Made by a program: the position numbers and the translations under genes | IMG/VR virus record: IMGVR_UViG_3300035669_000001 | Coordinates: 1 to 64,000 of that record | Length of the DNA stretch: 64,000 bases | Source of the DNA: a virus | Reading direction: 5' to 3' (one strand) | The notes under the pieces: model-generated | Databases searched by the model: none | What the model saw: only the letters and a program-made list of their open reading frames with translations | Told to the model about the DNA's origin: nothing | Part shown: positions 62,859 to 64,000 of the stretch, piece after piece | Numbering within the stretch: the first letter of the stretch is position 1 | Layout: the number at the start of each line of letters is the position of its first letter

Positions 62859-64000
62859 GTCTGTCCTAGCTCGGCCTCCTCGGCCGTGGTCAGGGGCTCG
62901 TGCCCGGCGTTTTTCGCTTTGGCGACGTCGAAGGTGATCCGGGTGGAGAAGCGCATCCGCTGTCCCCACCACCTGTTCATCTCGGCGACGTCTTCCTTGG
63001 AGGAGACCGTCCTGATGATGGTCTCGTTTCCTCGGTGGACGGCGTTGCCGGAAAGGTTGTGCGAGCCCTGGTAGATGCTCGCACGTCCCTTCCCGTACAA
63101 CGTCCCGTCGACCCAGAAGGTCTTGTCGTGAAGGTAGATCCCCAACCTCGGGTCCTTAGGCGTCCAGTGACCGTCCCAGGTCGGTAGACGGGCCGCGGTG
63201 ACCAGGTAGCGCACGATCCGCGGAGAAGTGTCCCCCGCGTTGTTGACCGCTACTTGGACGATGCAGCCGGCATCCCTAAGAGCTTTCAGCTGGACCGCTA
63301 CGGCCTTGCGCGCATCACTCCAGAAGAAGACCGCGACCCGGATGAGAGTACGTCCCCCGACGCCGTATCCGGGCTTGGCCTTGCAGCTGACATGTTTCAG
63401 AGCGTTGACCCATGGGTCCGGCTTCCCCGAGGTTGGGAAGTACTGCATCTGCAGGTTGCCGCACGAGACACCAGGGAAGTTGCGTCTCGTCCTGTCAGCC
63501 TGCAGAGCTTTGTGGAAGGCCACCAGCGAGCGGTACATGCACTCACCTGCGAACACCTGGGTGGAGTTCCAGGAACCGGCGTTGGTGCTGCCGGTGAAGT
63601 GCTGGGTACCGACTGCGCCCACCATGCGGTAGTAGCCACCGCCCGGCTTGGCGACGCTGGAGGCCGTCCAGATCTTGGCGTGCATCACCCCCGATGAGTC
63701 GGAGGTGAAGCAGGAGCCCTCGCAGACCCGCACGTAGGACTTCGCACGGGTGTTGGTGCCGAGGGTCTTGATGAGGGCATTGATCTTCCCGCTCGGCGGG
63801 ATACGCCTCTGCATCACCCCCTGGACGTGGACCCCGCGGCGGTAGGTCCGCTGCAGGGCGGCCAGGACATCCTGGTCGGCCCCGACGTAGGCGGACGACG
63901 GCTTGGCGGGGTCCCTGCCCAGGTCCAGGTTGGGGATGACGAACCGGAAGACCGACCCCCGAGGCATCGCGTCGAGGACCCCGATGGTCGTCCGGATGTA
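62855..64000 (-). CDS. Phospholipase D-family (HKD) protein, 5'-truncated by window
   Basis: MHAKIW...GTQHFT and LHDKTFWVD...GSHNLS..A...NET; IRVAVFFW. Confidence 0.85.
   Translation of the reverse strand, partial: YIRTTIGVLDAMPRGSVFRFVIPNLDLGRDPAKPSSAYVGADQDVLAALQRTYRRGVHVQGVMQRRIPPSGKINALIKTLGTNTRAKSYVRVCEGSCFTSDSSGVMHAKIWTASSVAKPGGGYYRMVGAVGTQHFTGSTNAGSWNSTQVFAGECMYRSLVAFHKALQADRTRRNFPGVSCGNLQMQYFPTSGKPDPWVNALKHVSCKAKPGYGVGGRTLIRVAVFFWSDARKAVAVQLKALRDAGCIVQVAVNNAGDTSPRIVRYLVTAARLPTWDGHWTPKDPRLGIYLHDKTFWVDGTLYGKGRASIYQGSHNLSGNAVHRGNETIIRTVSSKEDVAEMNRWWGQRMRFSTRITFDVAKAKNAGHEPLTTAEEAELGQT

Noticed and set aside
1-64000. tRNA/rRNA genes, integrase, transposase
   Set aside because: Intergenic gaps are nearly all under 90 bp, and I saw no cloverleaf or recombinase motifs by eye; tRNAscan would be needed to be certain.

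Overview
The whole window is a gene-dense, high-GC segment of a large tailed actinobacterial phage, probably a siphovirus. The evidence is WhiB, DnaE, RuvC, an M15-type lysin, a 2040-aa tape measure and no sheath gene. Order on the + strand: 3' part of DnaE; lysin and holin; HNH; Cas4-like nuclease; RuvC; WhiB; probable small terminase; about 11 kb of tail fibre/receptor-binding genes; large terminase; about 9 kb of small accessory genes (RNase H, many Zn-finger microproteins, a second lysin followed by five tiny membrane peptides, and a reverse-strand papain-like protease); portal; an expanded head module; capsid; neck and tail genes with a -1 frameshift chaperone; tape measure; tail tip; terminator. 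A convergent minus-strand operon ending in a PLD-family gene follows. The most striking signal is in the head module (29.9-44.8 kb). Six proteins are punctuated by a recurring [V/I]-x-K|[S/A/G/M/D] motif that delimits basic, Gly-zipper-like cassettes, which are inserted even into the XkdF-type prohead protease and the scaffold. An RxxxGRF motif follows such a site in three different proteins. One cassette starts with an exact 8-residue copy of the major capsid protein N-terminus (PDMADVHI). I infer a protease-processed capsid-cargo polyprotein system. All calls are from motif reading by eye; no database searches were run.
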